Shown: piece by piece, positions 1 to 13,120 of the stretch
Numbering within the stretch: position 1 is the first letter of the stretch
Layout of the letters: each line of letters opens with the position of its first letter
From: Mobula birostris
Taxonomy: Eukaryota
DNA: 64,000 nt
Assembly: GCF_030028105.1 (NCBI RefSeq)
Contig: NC_092397.1
Span: 34,501,097-34,565,096 of the forward strand
Reading direction: 5' to 3'
The notes under the pieces: generated by a model
What the model saw: only the letters and a program-made list of their open reading frames with translations
Databases searched by the model: none
Told to the model about the DNA's origin: nothing
Program-made: the position numbers and the translations under genes

Positions 1-1391
1 TATAGAAACATAGAAAATAGGTGCAGGAGAAGGCCATTCGGCCCTTTGAGCCTGCACCGCCATTTATTATGATCATGGCTGATCATCCAACTCAGAACAC
101 CGCCCCGGCCTTCCCTCCATACCCCCTGACCCCCGTAGCCACAAGGGCCATATCTAACTCCCTCTTAAATATAGCCAATGAACTGGCCTCAACGGTTTCC
201 TGTGGCAGAGAATTCCACAGATTCACCACTCTCTGTGTGAAGAAGTTTTTCCTAATCTCGGTCCTAAAAGGCTTCCCCTCTATCCTCAAACTGTGACCCC
301 TTGTTCTGGACTTCCCCAACATCGGGAACAATCTTCCTGCATCTAGCCTGTCCAATCCCTTTAGGATCTTATACGTTTCAATCAGATCCCCCCTCAATCT
401 TCTAAATTCCAACGAGTACAAGCCCAGTTCATCCATTCTTTCTTCATATGAAAGTCCTGCCATCCCAGGAATCAATCTGGTGAACCTTCTCTGTACTCCC
501 TCTATGGTAAGGATGTCCTTCCTCAGATTAGGGGACCAAAACTGCACACAATACTCCAGGTGTGGTCTCACCAAGGCCTTGTACAACTGCAGTAGTACCT
601 CCCTGCTCCTGTACTCAAATCCTCTCGCTATAAATGCCAGCATACCATTCGCCTTTTTCACCGTCTGCTGTACCTGCATGCCCACTTTCAATGACTGGTG
701 TATAATGACACCCAGGTCACGTTGCACCTCCCCTTTTCCTAATCGGCCACCATTCAGATAATAATCTGTTTTCCTATTTTTGCCACCAAAGTGGATAACT
801 TCACATTTATCCACATTAAATTGCATCTGCCATGAATTTGCCCACTCACCCAACCTATCCAAGTCACCCTGCATCCTCTTAGCGTCCTCCTCACAGCTAA
901 CACTGCCACCTAGCTTCGTGTCATCCGCAAACTTGGAGATGCTGCATTTAATTCCCTCATCCAAGTCATTAATATATATTGTAAACAACTGGGGTCCCAG
1001 CACTGAGCCTTGCGGTACCCCACTAGTCACCGCCTGCCATTCTGAAAAGGTCCCGTTTAATCCCACTCTTTGCTTCCTGTCTGCTAACCAATTCTCCACT
1101 CACACCAATACCTTACCCCCAATACCATGTGCTTTAAGTTTGCACACTAATCTCCTGTGTGGGACCTTGTCAAAAGCCTTCTGAAAATCCAAATATACCA
1201 CATCCACTGGTTCTCCCCTATCCACTCTACCAGTTACATCCTCAAAAAATTCTATGAGATTCGTCAGACATGATTTTCTTTTCACAAATCCATGCTGACT
1301 TTGTCCGATCATTTCACCGCTTTCCAAATGTGCTGTTATCACATCCTTGATAACTGACTCCAGCAGTTTCCCCACCACCGACGTTAGGCTA
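1..1391 (-). mobile_element. CR1-clade LINE, 5'-truncated young copy (RT domain, C-terminus and 3' tail)
   Basis: ORFs 1100-1378 and 92-1099 give RT motifs (YLDFQKAFDKVPH, SGVPQGSVLGP, KFADDTK) separated by one stop; (TTCTATGT)n-type tail at the window start. Confidence 0.92.
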
Positions 1392-1595
1392 TTAACTGTG
1401 TGTTTTCCTCATTCCATCTGCTTTTCTAGCAGATACGACGGGCCGAATGACCGAATACTGTCGCTGTAGTTGGTCCATTTTGTATTTTAGATTTCCTTCC
1501 TGCGGAATTAACCGGCAGCAGCAACTCACCACATCGGCGAGAGTTCCCAGTCCACGGCGTTACCCAAAACGAACACTGGGTAGCGCAGAACGAGT

Positions 1596-1730
1596 TCTGA
1601 TTGGTTGAACGAATTCCTTTAGCTATCCAATCAAATTATCTTACTGCATGAACGTTACTTCAAATAGCCATTGAGAAACATAGGCATCCCGTCCCTCATT
1701 AGCATACACCTCTGGGCGCTGCCTATTTAA
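1596..1730 (+). promoter_or_regulatory. H2B promoter: CCAAT boxes, octamer-like H2B box (ATTAGCAT 1698-1705), TATA-like TATTTAA 1724-1730
   Basis: Motifs in the canonical order upstream of the H2B ATG. Confidence 0.75.
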
Positions 1731-1783
1731 TTCGTGCTCCGAGCCCGTTTTGCTTATTTGTGGTTCTGAAGCGGTCAGCTGAA

Positions 1784-2158
1784 ATGCCTGAGACAGCGAA
1801 ACCCGCTCCGAAGAAGGGCGCCAAGAAAACTCTGCCCAAACCAGCGGGTAAGGCAGGGAAGAAGCGCAAGAGGCTGAGGAAGGAGAGTTACTCCATCTAC
1901 ATCTACAAAGTGATGAAGCAGGTTCACCCCGATACTGGCATCTCCTCCAAGGCCATGAGCATCATGAATTCATTCGTCAACGACATCTTCGAGCGCATCG
2001 GGGGCGAGGCTTCCCGCCTGGCCCATTACAACAAGCGGTCAACCATCACCTCACGGGAGATCCAGACCGCCGTGCGCCTGCTGCTGCCCGGGGAGCTGGC
2101 CAAGCACGCAGTTTCCGAAGGAACGAAGGCGGTGACCAAGTACACCAGCTCCAAGTAA
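1784..2158 (+). CDS. H2B: Histone H2B, replication-dependent (124 aa; true start is ATG 1784)
   Basis: [12 protein letters not shown]...[27 protein letters not shown]...[10 protein letters not shown]; intronless; stem-loop follows. Confidence 0.98.
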   Translation: MPETAKPAPKKGAKKTLPKPAGKAGKKRKRLRKESYSIYIYKVMKQVHPDTGISSKAMSIMNSFVNDIFERIGGEASRLAHYNKRSTITSREIQTAVRLLLPGELAKHAVSEGTKAVTKYTSSK

Positions 2159-2189
2159 AGCTCCCCAGTGAGATGATCGGAAACACAAC

Positions 2190-2230
2190 GGCTCTTTTAA
2201 GAGCCACTCACGATTTCACTGAGAGAGTTG
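2190..2230 (+). terminator. Histone 3' stem-loop (GGCTCTTTTAAGAGCC 2190-2205) plus purine-rich HDE
   Basis: 16-nt SLBP hairpin followed by ACTCA and GAGAGAGTTG. Confidence 0.95.
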
Positions 2231-2823
2231 TACTAGCATTTAGGCAATACATGGCGCACGTTTTATGTGTGGTGACTTTTACAGGAGCTAAAGAGCGGTT
2301 GGAATATCCGCTTCATCTTCCCTCAATAATCCTGGTGTTTAACATTCCTCCCACTCCCGTTGCTGTTTTAGCTGTGGGTTCAGGAGTTTATTAGTTGGAG
2401 TTAGGTAACTTCTCTGAATCTCATTTTAATTCGAGGCCGGAACGACTTCACGGTTCTTTCATACAACAGTTTTTAAAAAAAAAAATTGCAGACTAGCCGC
2501 TGGTCACAGTTTGTCGATAACCTGCTAACGTTTACACAATGACTGGCACCGGGTAGAAGCTGAGTGTTAGATTTACTCGGTTCCTTTACGAGTTGAAAGA
2601 AATTTGAGTGCCCAGACACTCCATTATCAACTACACTTACATTAAATGTGCCCGGTTTCAGTAACAGGGGGAAATACGAAGACCCAGTCCTCAAACAGAT
2701 CAGCAATGATTTAATTTCAGATTAAATTTGAACAATGAGTTTTTTTGGCGGGCTTTTTCCAATTTTCAGAGTACTTTGGGGAGGAGATGGTTACACTGCG
2801 CGCTTCTACCTTTACGGGCTCTT

Positions 2824-3382
<559 letters not shown>

Positions 3383-3412
3383 GGCGACGTAAACTGAACC
3401 TATTTACCCAAA

Positions 3413-3453
3413 GGCTCTTTTCAGAGCCACTCACAGTGTCTGTGGAAGGGCTG
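3413..3453 (+). terminator. Histone 3' stem-loop (GGCTCTTTTCAGAGCC 3413-3428) plus HDE
   Basis: Canonical hairpin, then GGAAGGGCTG. Confidence 0.95.
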
Positions 3454-3977
3454 AACAGCGGGTGATTACCGTTCGGAGTAACTCGGCTGTGTATCTGACA
3501 CGGCCCCGATCGGAGGCATCCCTGGTAACGTTTTCTCTCCTTCCGTCGTGTTTCTTCCGCGAATTAAATCGGTATAAGTCTGCAGAGTACGCGGTCCGCT
3601 TCGCCCTGACTCATTTCCCGTCTCTGCTGGCTGAATGGAGCTCTCTCCCCTTCCGGGGCGGGGAAATGAACTTTCAGAGTCAGCCCCCGGAGGGTGAATT
3701 TAATCTCCGATCATTGAACGATTCCGGTCTTCATGACCTGAAACCGCGTTGTCTGGGTTTGACATTGCGGGTTGACCCTGGACCGTTCCGCTGATCGCTT
3801 CATGAGCAATTCCCACCGCCTCACAGAACAATATTGATTTGCAGCTTTACATTTATCTACAAAAGTACATTTACCATATGGAACTGACAGTATTTACTGA
3901 AAATCTCGTCCGCCTGGGTCTCTGAAATATAAATGAACATTTGCAAAGTCGGGGTCAGTTTGGTCAGATCTCCCGAG

Positions 3978-4035
3978 ACACGGCTCCCTCTGTGAGGCGG
4001 TGGGTCGCTCTGATACAGACTTTTGTTTGTGCCAG
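3978..4035 (-). pseudogene. Orphan, degenerate copy of the H4 3' end (stem-loop, spacer, HDE) with no coding sequence
   Basis: ACGGCTCCCTCTGTGAGGCGGTGGGTCGCTCTGATACAGACTTTTGTTTGTGC aligns by eye to 15692-15746 (ACGGCTCCGTTTGTGAGGCGGTGGGTGGCTCTTAGAAGAGCCTTTGTTTTGTGC). Confidence 0.7.
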
Positions 4036-4079
4036 GAAGAAAAGGGAGGGGGAGGGTGGATCGACAAGGAGGTTCAGTG

Positions 4080-7000
4080 CTGTCCTGTCTCTAATAGGAA
4101 CTTCTAAATACTGATTGATAAAACTGGACACACAGAATAAATTCTGCGCCACCAACCCTTTTGCAGTGCGGCGGTCCCAGTATACATGATGCGGCAATCC
4201 CCAGGGATGTCTTCTCTAAGTACCACTGAGATGTTCTCTCTGGTCAAACACATCTCTCCCCTCCACTCCATCGTACCTGTAGCATTTGTATTGTGAAACT
4301 GATCTGCCGGTCCTGCCCCTCCGACAATCATTTTTCTGTTGGGGATATAATATCCCAGTCTCCTGCACGGATCCATGCCCAGGGGCCATCTTCTGTTCAG
4401 AACAAAGGACAGTACAGGAGTGGCCCTTTGGCCCTTCTCTACATATTCTTGTGACTGTCTAAATTTCCTTAAATACTCCTGTGCTCTCTGCCTCTGCCAC
4501 CACCCCTGACAGTGCATTCCATGTCTCCATCAATCTGTTGTCTTCACTTTCTTCCTCTGACCTTAAATACATGCCTTCTGTGAAAAATATTACTGGCTGT
4601 CTACACCAACTATGACCACAAAATTCCACAGGTTTCTATCAAATCTCTCCTGAGCCGACGCCACTCCAGAAGAAAAAAGTTTCAGCATGTCGAGCCTCTC
4701 CTCAGCGCACACCTCCTCCAGACATCCTGCTCCAAACCCTCCACATGCTTCCTATAATGAGGTGATCAGAACTGAACACGATACTCTCAATGTGGCCTCA
4801 CCAGCATTTTATAAACCTGTAACATCATGTCCTGGGGCTTGAACTCAATGCCTTGCCTGATGAAGGTAAACATGCCATACACCGACTTCACCTCCCTGTC
4901 AACCTGTGCTCCCAGTTTTAGGGAACTGATGTCTCTGAACCTCAACATCCTTCTCTTTGTCAATACTGTTAATGTTCCTGCCATTAACTGTGTACACACC
5001 CTTGATGTTGGATCTCCCAAAGTGCAGCCCTAGGTATCCTTTTCACCACAACGAATGTATGGAATGCAATGGGATTATCTTCAATCCTACTTGCCGGAGA
5101 TTTTTCATCAGTGTTTCCAGCTCTCCAAACATTCTTGAGTTCCCCTGTTTTTTAAATATAGTCCTCAAACACCCTGTTTGATTACAGATTCCTAAGCCTT
5201 ACTTATGCTTCTTCCTCCTCCTTGATTAAATTAACTTCCTGTCACATCATCCAAGGTTCCTGAACCTTGCCATCCTTGACCCTCCCTCTTACTGGAAAAA
5301 ACTGGCCCTGAAACACTGCACTGGTCTTTCAACAAACTCCAGGTCAGATGTGGATTTGCCTCAAAATCCATCGTTACATATTGCTGTGCCTGGCATCTAA
5401 CTCAGCTTCAATCTCTCCATTCAGTGACTGGTGTTCTGTTTCACATCCCCCTGTCAATCTCGTTTCAACCCTCATAGGGAGCAGCAATGAACCTCATGAT
5501 CCTGACCGCCCTCCAGTAAAACTGCAAACCATCCCTCTTGTAAATGTCACCACAACACCAGAAGAGGTTCCAATGTTCTGTAATCCTGAAACCCTGTCCC
5601 TGTATCAGCTCCTTAGCCACACATTCATCAGCTCTCACTTTCTGTTTGTATCCCTACCACCACAGGGCACTAGGAGTAAACTGGAGATTACAACATTTCA
5701 GGTTCTGCTCCATAACTTCTTCCCTAACTCTCTGTGGGACATCATCCCTTTTCTACCTGTCCATTGGTACCGATGTGAATCACCATCTCTGGCTGAATGA
5801 ACACCATCCCCCTGTTCTGTATCTGCTCTGAGATGTCCCTGACTCTCAGAGTATTTACAACCTTTAAAACCAACAAAAAAAGTCATAAAGAGAGGAAAAA
5901 GTTAGAATACGAAGGTAAGCTAGCCACTGGTATTAAAGAGTATACCAAAAGTTTCTTCAGATATACAAAGTGTAAAAGAGAGGCAAAAGTAGATATTAGT
6001 TCATTGGAAGATGTTACTGGAGAGGTAGTAATGGGGTACAGGAAAATGGCAGACAATCTGAATAAGTATTGTGCATCAGTCTTCACTGGGGACGATATTA
6101 GCAGTCTGCTGGAAATTCAAGAGAATCAGCGGGAAGAAATGAGTGATTTTGCCTTTACTAGGGAGATGGTCCTTGGGAATCTGAAAGGTCTGAAGGTAGA
6201 GAATTCACTTGGACCAGATTATCTACACCAGTGCTATGAAAGATGTGGCTGAAGAGATTGTGGCAGTTTTAGTAGTAATCTTTCCATAATCTCTGGATTC
6301 TGGTGTGGTTCCAGAGAACAGGAAAATTGCAAAGGTCATCCACTCTTAAAGAAGAGGGAGAAGCAGAAGAAAGCAAATCATAGGCCAGCTAGTCCGATCT
6401 CAGTGGTTGGGAAGATGATGGAGTCAATTGTCAAGGATGTATTTTTGGGTACTTGGCAACACATGAAAAAATAGGCCAAAGTCAGCATGGTTTCCTTTAA
6501 TCAGTCCTTACCAAAGACTTGTGTATCTGCAACACTTCTTCCCAACTCTTGTACTCAGTGACATGAATGATGAAGGCCGGCAGATCAAACCCCATCTTCA
6601 CCACCGTACCTAGCTGAGACGTCACTTTCAGTGAATTACACATTCACATGGACATTATTTATATAAATTACAAACAACAAAGGTCCTGTCACCCAGTGGC
6701 ACACCACTAGACAGACAGCTCCAGTCTGAGGGACAACCCTCAACCATCAGCCTCTGCCTCCTGTCACCGAGGCAATTATGGAATCGATCAACTATCTCCC
6801 CAGATTCCAGTTTCTAGATCTAACCTTCCAGACTATAGTCAAAGGCCTGGCTAATGTCCATATAGACAACATCCACAACCCTAACCTCATCTACACCCTT
6901 GTGAAACCCCTCAAAGGGCTGCAAGAAATTACCAGACATAATTTTCCTTGCACAAAACTGTGCTGACTGTCTTGAATCAAACCAAATTTTGGTGGATCCT

Positions 7001-8700
7001 GTTCTTCAGAAACTCCTCCAACAAATTACAGACTGATGGGCCTGTAGTTTCCACTACCCTTTTTGAACAATGGCAGCGCATAAACCATCAGTCCTGAAGT
7101 CACAGGAGCAGGATTAGGCCTTTTGGCCCATTCAGTCTGTTCTGCCATTCCATCATATATCCCTCTCAACCCCATTCTCCTGCCTTCTACCCATAAACTT
7201 TGATACCCTTAATAATAATTAAAAATCTACTAACCTCTGCTTTAAAAAAAAAACACTGACTGCCTTTCTGGCTGCCTGTGGAAATGAAATCCATTGATTC
7301 ATCACCTTCTGACTAAAGAAATTACTCATCTCTATTCTAGAGGGGCATCTTTTATTGAGGGTGTGGTTTGGTTCTAGATTCCTCCATTATTGGAAACATC
7401 CTCTCACATCAACGCTATCTAGGCCGTTCAATATTCAATGTGTTTCTATAAGATTCTCCCTCATTCTTCTAGACTCCAGTGACTGCAGGCCCAGATCATC
7501 AAATGATTATTACATCCTAACTCTTTCAGTCCTGGGATCATTCTCGTGAATTTCCACTACAGCCTCTGCAATGCCAGCACATCCTTTCTTAGAAAAGTTA
7601 CCCAAGCCTGCTCATGATACTCCAAACGAGGTCTGACCAAAGCCTCAGCATTAGATCCTTGTTTTACTTTCTAGTTCTCTTGAAATGCATGCAAGTATTA
7701 CATTTGCCTTCCTCACTACCAACTCAATGTGTGCATTAACCTTTAGGGAATCGTGCACTAAAACCCTTCACACAACTGATTTCTGTTCTCTCCCTGTTTA
7801 GAAAGAGCCTAGGGTGTTATTCCTCCTACCAGAGTACATGACCACACACTTCATTACACTGTATTTCATCTGGCACTTCCTTGTCCATTCTCCAAATCTG
7901 TCCAAGTGCTACTGCAGACTCCCTGCTTCCTCAACACTGCCTGCCTCTTCATATCATCCACAGTCTTGGCCTCAAAACTATCAATTCCACATTAGTCACC
8001 CTGTCCAATCATGTGCAACCTCAACTGGTGCCTGAGATGAAGCAAAATAATCTCTCCCCTGGCCTCCACAGTGTATTCTCCAGCTTCCCACAAAGTACGA
8101 GAATGTACCTGATAAAGCCCTGGAGATTTAACAACCTTAAAGAATTTTTGCAATGGTGAAATAACTGTCAGAAATATTCATGGAAAGCCTCTCCTATTTC
8201 ATTTGCCTCCACACACAGATGGCCATGTTCACCTCCAAGGGTGATTCTGTGTCTAACTTAACTTTTCCTATGAATATACCAAGAGAATCTCTTGGATTTT
8301 GCTCACTTTGCCTTCTGAATCATGATATCCTCCTTTTACCCTCCTAACTTTTATTAGAGATCCTATCTTCTCTCTTACTTGTTTCATGTTGCCAGAGGCT
8401 TTCTCCAATTTCTACTTCTGAAATATTCCTTATCCTTCATTTTCTTTCAGTCTGAATTCATAACATCTCTCACTATGCCCCTCTGCCAGACTTTACCATC
8501 CTTGTGTTTCCTCCTCATAGAAACAGTTCTGTCTGAATTCTGACCCGATTGCTTTTAAACATCATTTACATGTTCAATGTAGACAGTTGCAATTAACTGT
8601 ACCCCAAATGACCATATTACCACCGGGTCCAGTCTTGTCCCTATTTACTGTTCCGAAAATGAAACTTCTATCAATGGCCAGGCTCATTTCCCAATACAAT
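4080..8700. mobile_element. Mosaic of old degenerate CR1 fragments in both orientations
   Basis: Broken ORF2 pieces, e.g. 5797-6252 (KSFFRYTKCKREAK...) and 4787-5020 minus (GMFTFIRQGIEFK...LVRPH). Confidence 0.75.
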
Positions 8701-8711
8701 GTTTTCTATGA

Positions 8712-9347
8712 CATTTATAGCGAGAGGATTCGAGTACAGGAGCAGGGAGGTACTACTGCAGTTGTACAAGGCCTTGGTGAGACCAAACCTGGAGTATTGT
8801 GTGCAGTTTTGGTCCCCTAATCTGAGGAAAGACATCCTTGCTATAGAGGGAGTACAAAGAAGGTTCACCAGATTGATTCCTGGGATGGCAGGACTTTCAT
8901 ATGAAGAAAGACTGGATGAACTGGGCTTGTACTCGTTGGAATTTAGAAGATTGAGGGGGGATCTGATTGAAACGTATAAGATCCTAAAGGGATTGGACAG
9001 GCTAGATGCAGGAAGATTGTTCCCGATGTTGGGGAAGTCCAGAACGAGGGGCCACAGTTTGAGGATAGAGGGGAAGCCTTTTAGGACCGAGATTAGGAAA
9101 AACTTCTTCACACAGAGAGTGGTGAATCTGTGGAATTCTCTGCCACAGGAAACAGTTGAGGCCAGTTCATTGGCTATATTTAAGAGGGAGTTAGATATGG
9201 CCCTTGTGGCTATGGGGGTCAGGGGGTATGGAGGGAAGGCTGGGGCGGGGTTCTGAGTTGGATGATCAGCCATGATCATAATAAATGGCGGTGCAGGCTC
9301 GAAGGGCCGAATGGCCTGCTCCTGCACCTATTTTCTATGTTTCTATG
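8712..9347 (+). mobile_element. CR1 LINE 3' fragment, same young family as the copy at 1-1391
   Basis: ORF 8699-9256 nearly identical in protein to 92-636; TTTTCTATGTTTCTATG tail; apparent TSD TTTCTATG. Confidence 0.93.
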
Positions 9348-9349
9348 GC

Positions 9350-12300
9350 TCCCTTCCCGGGTTAGACTATCCACTTAAATGTTAAGTAACATCCCAGTAT
9401 TCTTCTAACATATTCGGTGATATCTAAGCCCCTGACTCTAAGGGAGTCCCAGTCAACATTGGGGAAATTAGTCACCCACTGCAACTACCCTGTTGCTTTT
9501 ACATCTTTCATTACCTGCTACATTTCTGTTCCTTTATCTCCTGCTGGCATTTGGGAGGCCTGTGGTATAACCCCATCAGTGAATGCACCTCTCTTATCCT
9601 GAGCTCCATCCACATTGTCCCACTGGATGAACCCTCCAGTGTGTCCTCTCTTAGTCCCTCACCCACAATTCGATATAAAGTCTGATCTGCCATCAGCCTT
9701 CCTTGTATGTCAATCCCACTTCCCTGATTTTACAAAACATTTATCTTCCTTCTCTTTGAATCTTTTCAGTTATCCAGCCTCCCCATTCATCTCAGTTGGG
9801 GAATTCCAGTGTTTGTTATACAGTGTTTTTTTAATCATTTGTGGCCTTGTAGAACAGTGCAGGCATGTACTCTGGTTTCCTGTAGTCCACAGTTTTGAGT
9901 GCCACAGTCCCACACAGTCATCAGATTATGTAAAAGGAGAGGGAGTTTGATGAAGTGAACCTGGGCAGTTGGCACATTTTGCATGTCACAGCTCCCGAGG
10001 AAATGTTTGATTGCCCATAATTCGGAACGTGGCAAGATCCAATAAAAAGAAGTTAGACTTAACCAGAGCGGTCATTGTATGAGTGGGCCAGAATTGGAGT
10101 GGGGAGTTCAGGTTTCGTCCCTTCTGAGAGATGTAGGCCACAGGTAGATATATTTTGATTTAATCTTTATTTCTTTTGTATTACACATTTAGAGCAGAGG
10201 GGATGCCAGACAAGATACTTGTCTTGATGGAAGGAGACAGAGGGTAGTCATGGCAGCTTGTTATTCAGGTTGGAGGCCTCTGACCAGTGACAGTCACAGG
10301 GATCGGTGCTGGTACTGTCAATTGTCATCTACATTAACAATTTTCTGACATTGTAGTGACAGTGAGTTTGCAGATGACAGCAATGTTGGTGGTAGTGTGG
10401 ACTGTGAAGATTGTGTGAGAGTACAATAGGATGGAGATTAACTGGGGAAGTCAGCCAAAAAATGGCAGAAGGATATTGATGTGGACAAGTTTCAGGTGTT
10501 GCATTATGAGAAGTTCAACCAGGGAAGGATCTGCACAGTAAATTCTTGTCCCTTGGAGAGTATTACAGAAGAGGGCCATGAAATACAGAAACATCATTCA
10601 CTGAAAGAGACAACACAGATAGTCAGGATGGTGAAGGTGGTGTTTGGCCTATTTGTCTTCATTGATCAGGGAACTGAGTAGAGAATTTGGGATGCCGTAT
10701 GACAGCTGTAAAAGTCAAAGTGAGACCAGACTGTATTTTGCACAGTTCTGGTCATCCAGTTGCAGGAAAGATGTCATGAAGCTGGCAAGTGTGGAGGGAA
10801 GTTTGATGAGAATGTTACTGACACTGGAGGACTTTAATTATCAGCAGAAGCTGGACAGACTGGGACTCTCTTTCTCTCTCCTGAGAGAGTAAGGAGCTGT
10901 CTGGTGACCGTCCAGAGGTTTACAAAATCAGTAGGTGGGCACTCTTTTTGTAGGGTAGGGAAGCCTAAATTTACAGGGTAATGGTTTAAGATGAAGGGGA
11001 AACATTTAAAAGCTACCTTATGGGTGGGGGATGTTGCATCTTTGAATAAGGAGACCAACACTTCACTGATAAGAGGGGTTTTGATGAGGTCTTGTAAGTA
11101 TAGGTTTTAAATAAAATGATGAATGATGATTTTGATGGGATTAATCTGCCGGCCTCCCAATCGGCTCAGATATTGTGCAGCAGACATATTAGTAAATCAC
11201 ACAGAGGGGTAATGGGAACAAGTTTACAGCAGTTGGGCATTTCAACTTTCCCAGATTACCTTGTATGAAAAGTTTCAGTCTCCAGGAGAAATTTGCAGAA
11301 ACAGTATTTAAAAGGGAGGATGAGGCAACCATCACTAACAACAGAAGACAAAGGCAGCATAAAAGAACATGAGAGGGCAAAGAATATCACCAAAATTAAT
11401 GGGAAGCTAAAGGAATGGGAAACTTAAAAAAACAGAACAACTATAATAACAATATGCAGAAGTCAGATGAATTATGAAAGTAACTGGCCAATAATAGAAA
11501 CAAGATACAAAAAAGATTTATTTTCAGATATATGAAGAGTAAAAGAGGCAAGAATGGACAAGGTTTTAGGTTTCCTGTTCTCATCTTCAGACTCACACCC
11601 CTCCCTGATCCTCTTTTTACACGATTTAGTTTATTCTGTATTTCTTATTTTAACTTTTTTTTTTAAGAAATTGCTCTGTACTGCTGTAGCAAAACAACAA
11701 AGTTAATGACATATGTCCATGATAATGAACATGATTTTGAATTTGATACTAATCACCTTCACTGATCAATGCCAGTGCACAAAAGTTTTATTAATGAGTT
11801 GGAGTAACTTCCCTCAACTTTACTTAGAAGGATGTCGCGGATTACAGGGTGCTCATGATCACTTAGGGAAGAGGGTCAAGTGTGGCAAATGCATTTGAAT
11901 ACAGATAAGTGTGAGGCGGTGCATATTGGAAAGTCAAACCAGTGTAGAACTTACACTATGAAAGATCGGTCATTGGGGACTGGAATGGGCCGGAGAGATT
12001 TAGGGGTAAAGTGAACACAGTTCATTGAAAGTTGTGTCACTTGCAGACAGGGTGGTGAAGAACGGGGTTTAACATGCTGGTCTTCATTAGTCAGGGGATA
12101 GAGTATATCAGTTGTGACATTATGTCACAGTTGTGTAAATGACTGGAGGACACACTTGCCGATTTGTATACAGCTCTTGTCACCATTATAGGAAACGTGG
12201 TTAAACTGGGGAGTGTGTGGAAAAGATTTCCAAGGTATATTTCCCGGACCCGAGGTTCTCAGTTACATAGTCAGTTTGGCCAGACAATGTCCTTTGTCCT
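9350..12300. mobile_element. Old degenerate CR1 and other LINE fragments
   Basis: Decayed endonuclease and RT pieces (9511-9693 minus, 10481-10892, 11830-12300). Confidence 0.65.
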
Positions 12301-12456
12301 TTATTCCTTGGAATCAGAATCAGATTTATCACCGTGTTATATGACGAGGAACCTGTCGTTTTGTTCTGACAGCAGTACAGGCCTCTGAAGGTGCAGATGT
12401 GAACATTGTGCCAGCATAACGCCAAGAGATTCTGGGAATGGCGAACAACGCGGCCA

Positions 12457-12575
12457 AAATGCTGGAGGAACCCAGCAAGTCAGGCAGCATCTCCCACCAG
12501 AGTCCTGATGAAGGGACTCGGCCCGAAATGTCGACTGTTCATTCTCAGCATTGATGCTGCCTGACTTGCTGATTC
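12457..12575 (+). mobile_element. Penelope-pLTR-derived fold-back element containing a minimal hammerhead ribozyme motif (12501-12536)
   Basis: AGTC-CTGATGA-A-GGGACTCGGCCC-GAAA-TGTC-GACT; perfect 19-bp inverted arms 12473-12491 and 12553-12571. Confidence 0.75.
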
Positions 12576-12619
12576 AGAGAGAGTGTTTTAAAGCGGCGGG
12601 CGGATTAGACGAGTATCAC

Positions 12620-13045
12620 TGTGTTTGTGGGTCCGAACACATCGCCGGATTTCCCAGCGCCTCCTGTACAAAATGAAAAGATTTCTCTGTTATGGGATCG
12701 CCTCACTCCCCAGCTCAGTCCCGAAGCGGGAATTAACCGCAAAGTTTTAGTTAGTTTCAAAATTTCAGCCGAAAAGCAGAGAACAGGTCAACAAAATGGA
12801 GAGAGATCGCGGGCAGTGCAGTAATCAAACGGGTTAAAATAGAAAGTGCTGCCTTTAATCCCGATTAAACTCTCTTTCCGGCGAACTTTGCGGCCTCAGT
12901 GACGGACAAGGACCAGTCTGAGTCTCTGGAGTGTCCGATTTTAATTGGAATCGGAGAGTTTTTGAGGAGAGAGAAACACAGAAAAATGAAGTCTCCGGGA
13001 GCTGACAGCAGGATGTCTCCGCCCCGTCCGCTCGCTGTCTTTAAA
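12620..13045 (+). promoter_or_regulatory. H1 promoter: TG-box TGTGTTT (12620), H1/AC-box AAACACA (12974), GC-box (13019-13026), TATA-like TTTAAA (13040)
   Basis: H1-specific elements in the expected order; TG-box start to AC-box start is 354 nt; no CCAAT box seen. Confidence 0.8.
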
Positions 13046-13120
13046 TTGCTCTGGGCCGCCGCCTTTCGCTTCAGTTCTCATTCAGTCTGATTGTGAGAAG
13101 CATTTTCCAGAGTCGCCGAC

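Noticed and set aside
1760-1783. N-terminal extension of H2B (and 2942-2998 for H2A) shown in the ORF track
   Set aside because: Non-ATG starts lying at or near the expected transcription start; the canonical ATGs are at 1784 and 2999.
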